Shown: one piece after another, positions 1-9,509 of the stretch | How the letters are laid out: the number at the start of each line of letters is the position of its first letter | Numbering within the stretch: the stretch's first letter is position 1 | Assembly: GCA_964568665.1 (NCBI GenBank) | Contig: CAZMPY010000005.1 | Coordinates: 128,742 to 192,741 of the forward strand | Direction: 5' to 3' | Length of the DNA: 64,000 nt | DNA from: an uncultured Thermoplasmata archaeon | GTDB lineage: Archaea; Thermoplasmatota; Thermoplasmata; UBA10834 | The notes under the pieces: generated by a model | The model's database searches: none | Told to the model about the DNA's origin: nothing | What the model saw: only the letters and a program-made list of their open reading frames with translations | Made by a program: the position numbers and the translations under genes

Positions 1-13
1 TAATATCCGGCCA

Positions 14-379
14 GTGAATCCGAAGGGCATGCGGTGCCCGCATTGCGGCAGGAGGGTCGGGTTCAACCAGCGCGGCAACATCTGCCCGAGGTGCGGAGCA
101 TGGCTTTTGCGCCATCAACCGTCCGAGCACGAGCTCGAACACATGAGGCGCGGGCCCGGCAGGGACGACTTCCTCAACGATTTCCCGTGGGTTGGAGGAG
201 CTCCCGGGAAAAGAGCGATCGCGTTCACCGCGATCTGGACATCGCTCCTGGTGGTCCTCGCCCTTGCCACAATCGCTTCATTCATCACGATGCACTTCGT
301 GCTCGCGGTCGTGCTGATATTCGTCACCGCGCTCGTGGGCGTCCTGCCGAAGCTGTTCCTCGTCGGGTCCCGCATCTGA
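14..379 (+). CDS. hypothetical zinc-ribbon membrane protein
   Basis: 121-aa ORF (GTG start). N-terminal CPHC...CPRC Cys4 ribbon followed by two long hydrophobic segments (AIAFTAIWTSLLVVLALATIASFI, VLAVVLIFVTALVGVL). Family not recognised. Confidence 0.5.
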   Translation: MNPKGMRCPHCGRRVGFNQRGNICPRCGAWLLRHQPSEHELEHMRRGPGRDDFLNDFPWVGGAPGKRAIAFTAIWTSLLVVLALATIASFITMHFVLAVVLIFVTALVGVLPKLFLVGSRI

Positions 380-472
380 TCTTCGCACGACATGCCCTCA
401 GGCAGGGAGAAGGTACATAATCGGCCCAGCGGATTCGCCCGCGCGAGGACTTCGCATACAGGGGACCTTTGG

Positions 473-1636
473 ATGAAGTACAGACCTTTCGGGAGGCTCG
501 GCTGGGATGTGTCCGCGCTCGGCTTCGGCTGCATGCGCCTGCCGACCACGGACGGCAACCCGCTCAGCGGACGGATCGACCAGAAGGAATCCATCCGGAT
601 GATCCGCCACGCCATCGACCAGGGCGTCAACTACATCGACACGGCCTACCCGTACCACGAGGGCAGGAGCGAGGTCCTGGTCGGGCGGGCCCTGAAGGCG
701 GGCTACGGGGACAGGGTCAAGGTCGCGACCAAGTGCCCGATCTGGCTCATCAAGAAGGGGAAGGACTTCGACACCTACCTCGACCAGCAGCTCGAGCGGC
801 TCCAGATGGACCATGTGGACTTCTACCTGCTCCACGGGCTCGGAAGGGACCGGTGGCGGGACACGGTCCTCAAGCACGGTCTCCTGAAGAGGGCCGAGGC
901 CGCCCTCGAGGACGGCAGGATACGGCACCTGGGGTTCTCGTTCCACGACAAGCTCGACGCGTTCAAGGAGATCGCCGACGGCTACGACCGCTGGGAATTC
1001 TGTCAGATACAGTATAACTATATGGACATCGAGAACCAGGCCGGAACCGCGGGGCTCAGGTACGCCGCGGCAAAGGGTCTCGCCGTCATCATAATGGAGC
1101 CCCTGCTCGGCGGGAGGCTGTCCGACCCGCCCGCATCCATAAGGAAGGTCGTCAGGGGAGGCGGATGGAAGCGCACGCCCTCGGACCTGGCGCTCCAGTG
1201 GCTCTGGGACCAGCCCGAGGTATCGGTCGTCCTGAGCGGCATGAGCACGATGGCGCATGTGAAGGGAAACCTAGGGTCCGCGGGGCGCTCAGGCGTCGGG
1301 TCCATGAGCGCAAAGGAGCAGCGGCTCGTCGCAAAGGTCCGGAAGGCCTACAGGGGCAGGATGCCCATCCCGTGCACCAAGTGCGGCTACTGCATGCCCT
1401 GCCCGAACGGCGTGGACATCCCATCGAACTTCGAGCTCTACAACGACGCGTACGCGCACGAGGACCCGAAGGGTTCCCGGACGAGCTACTCCCGGTTCAT
1501 GGGCGCGAAGGAGCGCGCGAGCGCGTGCGTGCGCTGCAGGAAGTGCGAGAAGAAGTGCCCGCAGGGAATCAAGGTCAGCGAGTGGATGCCGAAGGTGCAC
1601 AGGGTCCTCGGAGAGGGCAAGCCGTTCGATGCGTGA
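473..1636 (+). CDS. aldo/keto reductase fused to a C-terminal 4Fe-4S ferredoxin-type domain
   Basis: Start moved to ATG 473 inside ORF 392..1636 (MKYRPFGRLGWDVSALGFGCMRLP is a typical AKR N-terminus). AKR-like IDTAYPYHEGRSE and GFSFH motifs. C-terminal CTKCGYCMPCP and CVRCRKCEKKCP cysteine motifs. Confidence 0.85.
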   Translation: MKYRPFGRLGWDVSALGFGCMRLPTTDGNPLSGRIDQKESIRMIRHAIDQGVNYIDTAYPYHEGRSEVLVGRALKAGYGDRVKVATKCPIWLIKKGKDFDTYLDQQLERLQMDHVDFYLLHGLGRDRWRDTVLKHGLLKRAEAALEDGRIRHLGFSFHDKLDAFKEIADGYDRWEFCQIQYNYMDIENQAGTAGLRYAAAKGLAVIIMEPLLGGRLSDPPASIRKVVRGGGWKRTPSDLALQWLWDQPEVSVVLSGMSTMAHVKGNLGSAGRSGVGSMSAKEQRLVAKVRKAYRGRMPIPCTKCGYCMPCPNGVDIPSNFELYNDAYAHEDPKGSRTSYSRFMGAKERASACVRCRKCEKKCPQGIKVSEWMPKVHRVLGEGKPFDA

Positions 1637-1645
1637 GCCCCCGGG

Positions 1646-2953
1646 TCACAGCAGCTTCTTGAACCTCATCACCGTCACAGTCGCCACACCCGCAGCAGCT
1701 GCGACGCCAGCCACGATGAGCCAGTCGATCAACCGATCATCTTCCACATGCACGATGACGGTCACCACGACCACATCGATGTCGGATTCGCCCAGATCAT
1801 CCCTCACCGTGAGCGTGATGTAGAATGTCCCCGGCTCCGCAAATGTGAATGTCGGCTCAGGGCCCATCAGGATCTCATAAGCCCCACCATACCTGAAATT
1901 CCAGACGAAGCTCGGCTCCGAACCAGCTGCCGACGAACCGGTACCATTGAACCGACACCCCTCCCCGACCTCGATGACCATATCCGCACCTGCATCGGCT
2001 ACAGGAGGTGGCCTGGTCACGGTGACGGTGGCTAGATCCGTGGCGGAGTTGCCCATATCGTCGACCACTGTCAGCACAACCGCGAATGTTCCCGCTTGGT
2101 CGAACACATAGCTCACAACGGGGCCGACCAACCACACATGGTCCGTGCCGTTGAAGAACTTCCACTCGTATTCCCGGATCTCACTGTCGTCAGTCGAGGC
2201 CGACCCGTTCAGTGTGACCTCTGTCCCTTCGAGGACGGTCTGGTTCGGCCCCGCCTCTGCGATCGGCGGATTGTCGACCGCGTATGTCATCACCCAGGTC
2301 CAGCTTGAACCATGGTTCCCGTTAGTATCCGTCACCTCAAGACATATGTCATAGGTGCCTTCGTCCTCGAAAGTGTAGTCGCAGACCGGACCGACGAGCA
2401 TATGAGTAACCCCGTCGTCGAACGTCCACACATACTCCGTGATCCCCCAGTCATCGAACGACCCGCGTCCGTCAAGCGTGACGGTCGAGTTCGTAGGGAC
2501 GACCCAGTAGCGGCCCGCATCCGCGACAGGAGGGTTGTCCTCCGCATCGGGGGAGACGGTCACCGTGACCGACGCGTTATCCGACTCGTCATACATGCCC
2601 AAGACAGTCAGGAAAGCCGTGCAGTTCCCCTCTGCGACCGTCGTGAAATCCGTCACCGCCGTGTACCTGTTGACGACCTCGGGGCCGTTGGTTATCGTCC
2701 AGGTGTAGTTCAACATGTCACTATCCCACCAGGACGCGCTCCCATCGAACCGCACCGTCCCTCCTGGCTGGACGAGCATCGGATAGGCTTCTACGATAGC
2801 ATCCAAGGGGGTGGCGGACAAGCGCACGGGACACTGGGGACAAGACTCCGCAGGTTGACTGCGACCGGTCGTATCGAACGCTCCTGCCATGGCGACCAGA
2901 CCCGAAAGCGACAGGAGCAGAGCAAGAGCCACTGTCAGGGTCATCCGGTTCAT
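1646..2953 (-). CDS. secreted PKD-repeat protein with C-terminal membrane anchor
   Basis: ORF 1646..3064; start placed at ATG 2953 (MNRMTLTVALALLLSLSGLVAMAGA signal-like N-terminus, GAGGGAG just upstream). Four PKD-type repeats (e.g. VTLDGRGSFDDWGITEYVWTFDDG, VTLNGSASTDDSEIREYEWKFFNG). C-terminal hydrophobic helix plus RFKKLL. Confidence 0.8.
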   Translation of the reverse strand: MNRMTLTVALALLLSLSGLVAMAGAFDTTGRSQPAESCPQCPVRLSATPLDAIVEAYPMLVQPGGTVRFDGSASWWDSDMLNYTWTITNGPEVVNRYTAVTDFTTVAEGNCTAFLTVLGMYDESDNASVTVTVSPDAEDNPPVADAGRYWVVPTNSTVTLDGRGSFDDWGITEYVWTFDDGVTHMLVGPVCDYTFEDEGTYDICLEVTDTNGNHGSSWTWVMTYAVDNPPIAEAGPNQTVLEGTEVTLNGSASTDDSEIREYEWKFFNGTDHVWLVGPVVSYVFDQAGTFAVVLTVVDDMGNSATDLATVTVTRPPPVADAGADMVIEVGEGCRFNGTGSSAAGSEPSFVWNFRYGGAYEILMGPEPTFTFAEPGTFYITLTVRDDLGESDIDVVVVTVIVHVEDDRLIDWLIVAGVAAAAGVATVTVMRFKKLL

Positions 2954-3241
2954 TCGATCTCCCTCAGCCATCCCAACGACGGAGAGACTGACATTCCGGG
3001 CTAATGAACATGGCGGTTCCTTCACCGGTGGTCCCTGAAGCGGGGACAGGCTTCCGCGGGTCATTCACCCGAGCATATGCATTCCGCGAACGGCGAGCGG
3101 CGATTAACGGCGCGATGCCAGAGCCAGGCATCGCCGGAGACGGTTCTAACATTGTACCAGGCCTTGAGAAATCCGAACAAAGGCTAAATATCCCTTCCTA
3201 GTCGGATTGGTCAGCACACATCCCCAAACGAGGGAAACCTA

Positions 3242-5458
3242 ATGAACAAGAGAACAGCGATATTCATGTCCGCCCTGCTTGCGGTGAACATAGCCCTGTC
3301 CGGCATATACGTCTTCGGAGCCGGCACCGCGGCAGAGACCGAGAACGAGATCCCCGCGGCCGTAATGGCCGCCGACCCGCCCCACAACATAACGCACTTC
3401 CTGCACACCGGGACCACTGCGAGGTACTTCTCCCCGCAGCTGAGCGTGCTGAACTACTTCGACACGCTCGTGCCGACCGACACGGTCGGCAGGAACTACA
3501 CCGGCCAGGAGCAGTTCGCGATGCAGTGGTACATGTACCCCGCGACCGGGTCTGAACTGAACGTGTCCGGCGTCGACGCCGTCCTGTGGATCACGGGCGA
3601 GATCGGCACTGGCCAGCCGAACATGGCTGGCAGCGTCGAGATCTACGAGGTCACGGAGCAGGACATCCTGAGCCTCAACTTCAACGGGACGCAGGCGGGC
3701 CTGTACAACATACCGAGCAGCACCCCGATCTACACCTACCCGCCGTCCGCCCCGATGGTCTTCTCGATGAACTTCACACATGTCTTCGCGGCCAACTCGA
3801 CCCTCAGGTTCGTGCTCACCATCAACCCGGGCACGTCCGGGGGCGGTGTCGGGTCGCAGTACACCAACGTCACGGTCTTCTGGGACAGCTACCACCTGTT
3901 CGACTCCAGGCTCATACTCAAGACCGAGAACCCGATGACCATAGACACGGCCAGGACCCTAGACTCCGAGAAGGCCGAAGTCAGCGGGTTCATAGACGAG
4001 GACGACACCACGATGTACTTCTCGGCGAACGTCTCCGACCCGTACGGCGGCTACGACATCCGCTGGGTCAACCTGACGGTCTACGACCCTGACGGCGTCG
4101 CCGTCGCGGGCCTCGACGACCTGCCCATGGAGCACGTGTCCGGGACCGATGTGTCCGCATACCAGGTCTACGAGGTCGACTTCAACTACAGCGGCCTGGC
4201 CGTTGGCGAGTACACCTTCGTCGTCTGGGCCGTCGACAACTCCGGGTGGACTTACTTCTACTACTTCGCCCAGTACGACTTCCAGCCGTACGACGAGACC
4301 TTCACCGGCACGTTCGTGATAGGCGTCATGTACGAGCTGTCGGCCCATCTCATCGACACGATGGGCGCGGACCTCGTCGGCGCCCTCGTCTCCTACGAGG
4401 GCATAGACGCCTACTCCAACGAGACGGGCTACGCGGACCTGACGGTGTTCGGCAACGGCACGCTCACGATCTACTGGCACGCGGTCGCGGTCAACGAGTC
4501 CTGGGTGGACGTCACCGTGACAGCCGAGCTCGAGGTCGAGTGCGCCGTGTACTACCCGGAGCTGACGATCCTCGACTCCATGGGAGAGTCCCTGCCATCG
4601 GCGGCGGTGTTCTTCACCTACCCTGACGGCATGACGCTTCCCGCGATGGTCTCCGACCTGAACGGCTCCGTGGGCGAGATCCCCCAGGTGCCTGTCGGCG
4701 AGAGCGCCGTCAGCGTCTGGTGGCGCGGATCAATGGTGTTCAACGGCACGGTAACGGTGGACCACAACGGCGCCACGGGCGTCACCTGCGAGGTGTACTA
4801 CCTCGGCGTCCTCGTGACCGACTTCGACGGTAACATCATCCCGATGGCGACCGTCGCGTGGATCGATGCCGAGTCGCACATACTCATCGACGCCAGGTTC
4901 GTCAACGACACCGGCTGGGCGGTCGCGAGGCTGCCCGCAGGCACCTACGACATCGAGACCTACTGGTTCGGAGCGACGGTGAACACGACCTCCGCGGTGC
5001 TGACGGCCAACGACAACATAACCGTCCTGTGCGCCGTGTCCTACCTGACCGTCTATGCGGTCGATTCCGACGGCACGGCCCTCGACGGCGTCGAGGTCGT
5101 CGTCTATGACTCCAGCGGGGACGCGCTCGCCTACGGCGTCACGGTCGACGGCAAGGTCGGCTTCTGGCTACCTGACCAGTCGGTCACGGTCCAGGGCCGC
5201 CTGGTCGACGAGTACATGATGACCCATGTCGACATGTACGTCGAGACCGATGTGGATGTGTCCTACGGGGCCGAGGCGACGCTGACGTTCGGAGACTACC
5301 CGCCGTCCGTGCTCTCGACCACGATGTTCGCGTTCGCCATGCTCGGAGTGCTCGTCGCGCTCCTGGCCGCGGCCCTCGCCTACATCGTCGTGATCAAGCC
5401 GCGCAGGAAGGGCAAGGCCGGCGCCGAGCAGGTGCAGGACCAGGGCAAGAGCGCCTGA
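3242..5458 (+). CDS. large secreted, probably N-glycosylated surface protein with C-terminal membrane anchor
   Basis: 738-aa ORF with GAGGG shortly upstream of the ATG. Signal-like N-terminus (AIFMSALLAVNIALSGIYVFGAG). 18 N-x-S/T sequons by my count. C-terminal half contains about four tandem beta-sandwich repeats of the carboxypeptidase-regulatory/transthyretin-like pattern (e.g. VYAVDSDGTALDGVEVVVYD). Ends with a TM helix plus KPRRKGK. Confidence 0.75.
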   Translation: MNKRTAIFMSALLAVNIALSGIYVFGAGTAAETENEIPAAVMAADPPHNITHFLHTGTTARYFSPQLSVLNYFDTLVPTDTVGRNYTGQEQFAMQWYMYPATGSELNVSGVDAVLWITGEIGTGQPNMAGSVEIYEVTEQDILSLNFNGTQAGLYNIPSSTPIYTYPPSAPMVFSMNFTHVFAANSTLRFVLTINPGTSGGGVGSQYTNVTVFWDSYHLFDSRLILKTENPMTIDTARTLDSEKAEVSGFIDEDDTTMYFSANVSDPYGGYDIRWVNLTVYDPDGVAVAGLDDLPMEHVSGTDVSAYQVYEVDFNYSGLAVGEYTFVVWAVDNSGWTYFYYFAQYDFQPYDETFTGTFVIGVMYELSAHLIDTMGADLVGALVSYEGIDAYSNETGYADLTVFGNGTLTIYWHAVAVNESWVDVTVTAELEVECAVYYPELTILDSMGESLPSAAVFFTYPDGMTLPAMVSDLNGSVGEIPQVPVGESAVSVWWRGSMVFNGTVTVDHNGATGVTCEVYYLGVLVTDFDGNIIPMATVAWIDAESHILIDARFVNDTGWAVARLPAGTYDIETYWFGATVNTTSAVLTANDNITVLCAVSYLTVYAVDSDGTALDGVEVVVYDSSGDALAYGVTVDGKVGFWLPDQSVTVQGRLVDEYMMTHVDMYVETDVDVSYGAEATLTFGDYPPSVLSTTMFAFAMLGVLVALLAAALAYIVVIKPRRKGKAGAEQVQDQGKSA

Positions 5459-5469
5459 AAAACGACTTC

Positions 5470-5514
5470 CGGGGCATCAGGCCCCGTCGGCTCCGCCGGG
5501 CGACTGCCCGGCGG
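5470..5514. terminator. two GC-rich hairpins between convergent genes (possible bidirectional terminator or RNA-stability element)
   Basis: CGGGGC-atcag-GCCCCG (5470-5486) and CCGCCGGGC-gact-GCCCGGCGG (5493-5514), in the 59-bp gap between stops at 5458 (+) and 5518 (-). Archaeal termination normally uses T-tracts, so function is uncertain. Confidence 0.3.
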
Positions 5515-5517
5515 GGC

Positions 5518-6546
5518 TCATGTTTCTTCCCATCGATGACATGCGACGAGATGCCCGTTCCCTATGTCCACCAGCGGCGGCTCCTTCATCCGGCACAGGT
5601 CGACCGCGAGACGGCACCGGGGGTTGAACCTGCACCCCTTCGGCGGGTCGATGGGGCTCGGGACCTCGCCCTCGATCCCCTTTCGGTCCTTCTTCATCTT
5701 CGGGTCCGGGATCGGTATCGACGCTATGAGCGCCTGCGTGTACGGGTGGCGCGCGTTCGTGAGGAACTCGCCCCTGGGGGCAAGCTCGATGACCTTCCCG
5801 AGGTACATGACCGCGATCCTGTCGCTCATGTGCTCCACGACCGACAGGTCGTGGGATATGAACAGGTAGGTGAGGCCGAACTTGTGCTGGAGCTTCCTGA
5901 GCAGGTTCAGGACCTGCGCCTGCACCGACACATCGAGGGCCGACGTGGGCTCGTCGAGCACGACGAACTCCGGCTCTACCGCGAGCGCCCGCGCGAGCGC
6001 GATGCGCTGCTTCTGCCCGCCGCTGAACTCGTGCGGGAGCCGGGACAGGTGGTCGTGCGACAGCCCCACCTGCTCGATCAGCTGGTGGATCCTCTCGCGC
6101 TCCGCGAACCTGATGTCCTTCCCGACCGAGGGCGGCGGTCCGTGTATCGCGAAGCCCTCGCCGACGATCCTCTCAACGGTCATCCTCGGGTCGAGGCTCG
6201 AGTAGGGGTCCTGGAAGACGATCTGCATCTTCTTCCGCAGGGACCGCAGCTGACCCGTGGGCAGCCTCGTGATGTCCTTCCCGTTGAACAGTATCTTCCC
6301 GCCCGTGGGCTCCACGAGCCTCAGGACGGTCCGCCCGTAGGTGGTCTTGCCGCAGCCCGACTCCCCGACGAGGCCGAGGGTTTCGCCGCGCAAGATGCCT
6401 AGGCTGACGCCGTCGACGGCGTGCACATGCCCGACGGTCTTCCCGAACACGCCCTTCTTGACCGGGTAGAGCTTCTTGAGCCCGACGGTCTCGATGAGCG
6501 GCCTCCGGCCCCTGGCAGGCTCTGGCTCCGCCGCCTTGCCGGCCAT
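5518..6546 (-). CDS. peptide/nickel-type ABC transporter ATP-binding protein (OppF/DppF-like)
   Basis: 342 aa. Walker [10 protein letters not shown], signature [15 protein letters not shown], Walker [13 protein letters not shown]-terminal oligopeptide-ABC extension (CRFNPRC). Last gene of a five-gene minus-strand operon. Confidence 0.9.
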   Translation of the reverse strand: MAGKAAEPEPARGRRPLIETVGLKKLYPVKKGVFGKTVGHVHAVDGVSLGILRGETLGLVGESGCGKTTYGRTVLRLVEPTGGKILFNGKDITRLPTGQLRSLRKKMQIVFQDPYSSLDPRMTVERIVGEGFAIHGPPPSVGKDIRFAERERIHQLIEQVGLSHDHLSRLPHEFSGGQKQRIALARALAVEPEFVVLDEPTSALDVSVQAQVLNLLRKLQHKFGLTYLFISHDLSVVEHMSDRIAVMYLGKVIELAPRGEFLTNARHPYTQALIASIPIPDPKMKKDRKGIEGEVPSPIDPPKGCRFNPRCRLAVDLCRMKEPPLVDIGNGHLVACHRWEET

Positions 6547-7539
6547 CTAAGCCTCGACCCCCGGATGGTAGAGATGGCACGATACGAAATGCCCGGGCCT
6601 GACCTCGACCCGCGGGGGCCGGACGGACTTGCACGCGTCCATGGCCTTGTCGCACCTCTCGACGAACGGGCAGCCCTTGAACGGCACCATGAGGTTGGGC
6701 ACGGTCCCCCTGATGACCTCGAGCTCCTCCTTCTGCTCCCCGAGCTTCGGGAAGGCCCTGAGCAGCCCCCAGGCGTACGGATGGAGCGGCCGCTCGAACA
6801 ACTCGCCGGTCGGGGCCTCCTCGACCACCCTGCCGGCGTACATGATGCATACCCGGTCGCAGGTCTCGGCGACGACGCCCAGGTTGTGGGTGATGAGGAT
6901 CATCGTGCTCCCGACGCTCCGGACGACATCCTTTAGCAGGTTGAGGACCTGCGCCTGGATCGTGACATCGAGGGCGGTCGTCGGCTCGTCCGCGAGCAGG
7001 AGCGAGGGCTTGCACGAAAGGGCCAGGGCGATCATCACGCGCTGCTTCATCCCGCCACTGAGCTCGTGCGGGTACTGCTTCATGACGCTCTTGGGCGCGG
7101 CGATCCTGACGAGCTTGAGCACGTCGACGATCTTCCCCTCGAGGGCGGCATGGTCGTAGATGTTCTGGTGGAGCGATATGACCTCCCCGAGCTGTGATTC
7201 GATCGTGAACACTGGGTCCAGCGAGGTCGAGGGGTCCTGGAATATCATCGAGATCCGGCTGCCCCTGATCCCGCGCATCTGCTCATCCGTGAGCTTGGTG
7301 AGCTCTATGCCCTTGAACTTGATGGAGCCGGCGGTGATCCTGCCCGGATAGGGCACGAGCCGCAGGATCGAGAAGGCAGTCATGCTCTTCCCGCAGCCGG
7401 TCTCGCCCACGATCCCGACGCTCTCGTTCTCGTAGACGGTCAGGTCAACGCCATCCAGGGCGGTCACCGTCCCCTCCCGCAGGAAGAACTGCGTCCGGAG
7501 ACCGGTGATCTCGATGACTGGCAGCCTATCGTCCGTCAC
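6547..7539 (-). CDS. peptide/nickel-type ABC transporter ATP-binding protein (OppD/DppD-like)
   Basis: Real start taken as GTG 7539 (VTDDRLPVIEITGLRTQF), overlapping the upstream permease stop (GTGA). Walker A GETGCGKS, signature LSGGMKQRVMIALAL, Walker B LLADEPTTALD. The longer ORF to 8286 is an out-of-frame overlap with the permease gene. Confidence 0.9.
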   Translation of the reverse strand: MTDDRLPVIEITGLRTQFFLREGTVTALDGVDLTVYENESVGIVGETGCGKSMTAFSILRLVPYPGRITAGSIKFKGIELTKLTDEQMRGIRGSRISMIFQDPSTSLDPVFTIESQLGEVISLHQNIYDHAALEGKIVDVLKLVRIAAPKSVMKQYPHELSGGMKQRVMIALALSCKPSLLLADEPTTALDVTIQAQVLNLLKDVVRSVGSTMILITHNLGVVAETCDRVCIMYAGRVVEEAPTGELFERPLHPYAWGLLRAFPKLGEQKEELEVIRGTVPNLMVPFKGCPFVERCDKAMDACKSVRPPRVEVRPGHFVSCHLYHPGVEA

Positions 7540-8450
7540 GGCCTCAGCCCCTTCATGCGCGGGTCGAGCACATCCCTGAGGCCGTCCCCGAGCAGGTTGA
7601 ACCCGAGGATCGTGATGAGAAGCACCATTCCCGGGAAGGTCGCCATCCAGGGCGCCTCCTCCAGGTACGGTATGCCGCGGTAGAGCATGTACCCCCAGCT
7701 GGGGGTCGGGGGCTGCGTGCCGACCCCGAGGAAGCTCAGGCTGCTCTCGATGGTGATGGCGTCCGCAACTCCGATCGACGCCCAGACGATGAGCGGCGCG
7801 AGGCAGTTCGGGAGCACGTGCGTGAACATGATCCGACTGTTCTTGGCGCCCAGGGCGCGCGACGCCTCGACGAACTGTCGCTCGCGGACGGTCAGCGCCT
7901 GGCCGCGCATCAGCCGGGCGAACCCGGCCCAGTAGGATATCGATATCGCCAGGATCACGTTCATCAGACTGGGGCCCAGCGCCGCGGCGAACGCCAGCGC
8001 CAGCAGGAACGCGGGGAAGGTCCAGAAGAGGTCGATGGTCCCGGAGATGATGTAGTCGACGGCCCCGCCGAAGTACCCCGCGGTCAGGCCGAGTATGACA
8101 CCGACCATCAGCGAGAGCACCACGGCCGTCGTGGCCACGGTGAGGGACACGCGCGTGCCCCAGATGACCCTGCTGAACACGTCCCGGCCGAGCTCGTCCG
8201 TCCCGAACCAGTGGCTGGGAGAGGGCGAGAGCAGGACATCGTCCTGGACGATGGTCCTCGGAGTCGGGTCGGCCATCGGCAGCCACGGCGCCAGGAGCGC
8301 GAGGGCCACCATGATGGCTATGATGGTGAACCCCACCACGACCATGGAGTTCCTCCGGCCGTTGTCGAGGATCTCCACGATGGTCTGCCTGACGCCGCCC
8401 GCCATCTTCCAGGCGAGCAGCCGGTCGTTCAGCCCCTTCCTGAGCCTCAT
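7536..8450 (-). CDS. ABC transporter permease (OppC/DppC-like)
   Basis: 304 aa, multiple TM helices. BPD-transporter EAA-like region (EASRALGAKNSRIMFTHVLPNCLAPLIV). 4-nt overlaps with both neighbours. Confidence 0.9.
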   Translation of the reverse strand: MRLRKGLNDRLLAWKMAGGVRQTIVEILDNGRRNSMVVVGFTIIAIMVALALLAPWLPMADPTPRTIVQDDVLLSPSPSHWFGTDELGRDVFSRVIWGTRVSLTVATTAVVLSLMVGVILGLTAGYFGGAVDYIISGTIDLFWTFPAFLLALAFAAALGPSLMNVILAISISYWAGFARLMRGQALTVRERQFVEASRALGAKNSRIMFTHVLPNCLAPLIVWASIGVADAITIESSLSFLGVGTQPPTPSWGYMLYRGIPYLEEAPWMATFPGMVLLITILGFNLLGDGLRDVLDPRMKGLRP

Positions 8451-9388
8451 CCCAGCCTCACCCTCGGGTCAGCATATGCATAGAGCATGTCCGCGATGAG
8501 GTTTCCCAGGATCACGAATATCGCGAGCACCAGGATGCACCCCTGGACTACGGGGAAGTCATGGTTCTGTATCGAGGTCGTCATGAGCATGCCGAGCCCA
8601 GGCCACGAGAACACCGTCTCGACTACGACCGCCCCGCCGACGAACCAGCCTATGTCCAGACCTATGACGGTTATGACTGGCAGGATGGCGTTCCTGAGGG
8701 CGTGCTTGAAGATGACCTCGCGCTCGGGCAGGCCTCGGGACCGCAGCTGGGTGACGAAGTCCTGGCGCTTGACCTCGAGCATGCTCGACCGCATCATCCT
8801 CGTGGTCAGCGCGGCGTTCCCCAGGCCGAGCGTGAGGGCGGGCAGGATGATGCTGCCGAAGCCGCCGATCGTGCCCTCGGCGGGCAGTATGTGCGTGTAG
8901 ACGGACAGCGCCATCATCAGCAGGATGCCCAGCCAGAACGAAGGCATCGCATAAGCGACCAGCGTGAACACCATCACGCCTCTGTCGCCCCAGGAATTCT
9001 GCCTGAGGGCGGCGTACACTCCGAGCGGGATGCCCATCGAGTACGATATCGTCAGGCCGATCGCCATGAGCTCGAGCGTCCTGGGCAGCTTCTGGATGAG
9101 CAGATCCCCGACGCTCACGTGCAGCGTCCCGACGCTAACCGATTGACCCAGGTCCCCGTGCAGGAGCCTCCAGAGGAAGGAACCGTACTGCACCGGGAGC
9201 GGGTCGTTGAACCCGTACTTGTCCCTGAGCGCATCGAGATCCTCGGCAGAGGCGTGCGGAGGCGCGATTGCGATCACCGGGTCCCCGGGCGTCAGATAGA
9301 GCATCAGGAACACGATGAAGGTCGCGAGTATGATGACGGGGACAGCCAGCATCATCTTCCGGATGATATAGGAGACTAGGTCCGCCAA
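8447..9388 (-). CDS. ABC transporter permease (OppB/DppB-like)
   Basis: 313 aa, TTG start preceded by GGAGG. Typical OppB N-terminus (YIIRKMMLAVPVIILATFIVFLMLYLTPGDP) and C-terminus (ADMLYAYADPRVR). Confidence 0.9.
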   Translation of the reverse strand: MADLVSYIIRKMMLAVPVIILATFIVFLMLYLTPGDPVIAIAPPHASAEDLDALRDKYGFNDPLPVQYGSFLWRLLHGDLGQSVSVGTLHVSVGDLLIQKLPRTLELMAIGLTISYSMGIPLGVYAALRQNSWGDRGVMVFTLVAYAMPSFWLGILLMMALSVYTHILPAEGTIGGFGSIILPALTLGLGNAALTTRMMRSSMLEVKRQDFVTQLRSRGLPEREVIFKHALRNAILPVITVIGLDIGWFVGGAVVVETVFSWPGLGMLMTTSIQNHDFPVVQGCILVLAIFVILGNLIADMLYAYADPRVRLG

Positions 9389-9509
9389 ATGCTTCCTCCT
9401 GGATTGGTCCTGGTGTTCGGTCCGGACATGACTCTCATCGGGCCCCGTCGGAGCGGTCGGTCAAGACGCCTGGATGAAACCGTAAAGGGTTTGGTGGCGT
9501 TTGTTCACA

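Noticed and set aside
7540-8286. N-terminal 249 codons of ORF 6547..8286
   Set aside because: This part overlaps the OppC-like permease in another frame and translates to R/G/P/H-rich sequence. ABC ATPase homology begins at GTG 7539, which overlaps the permease stop.
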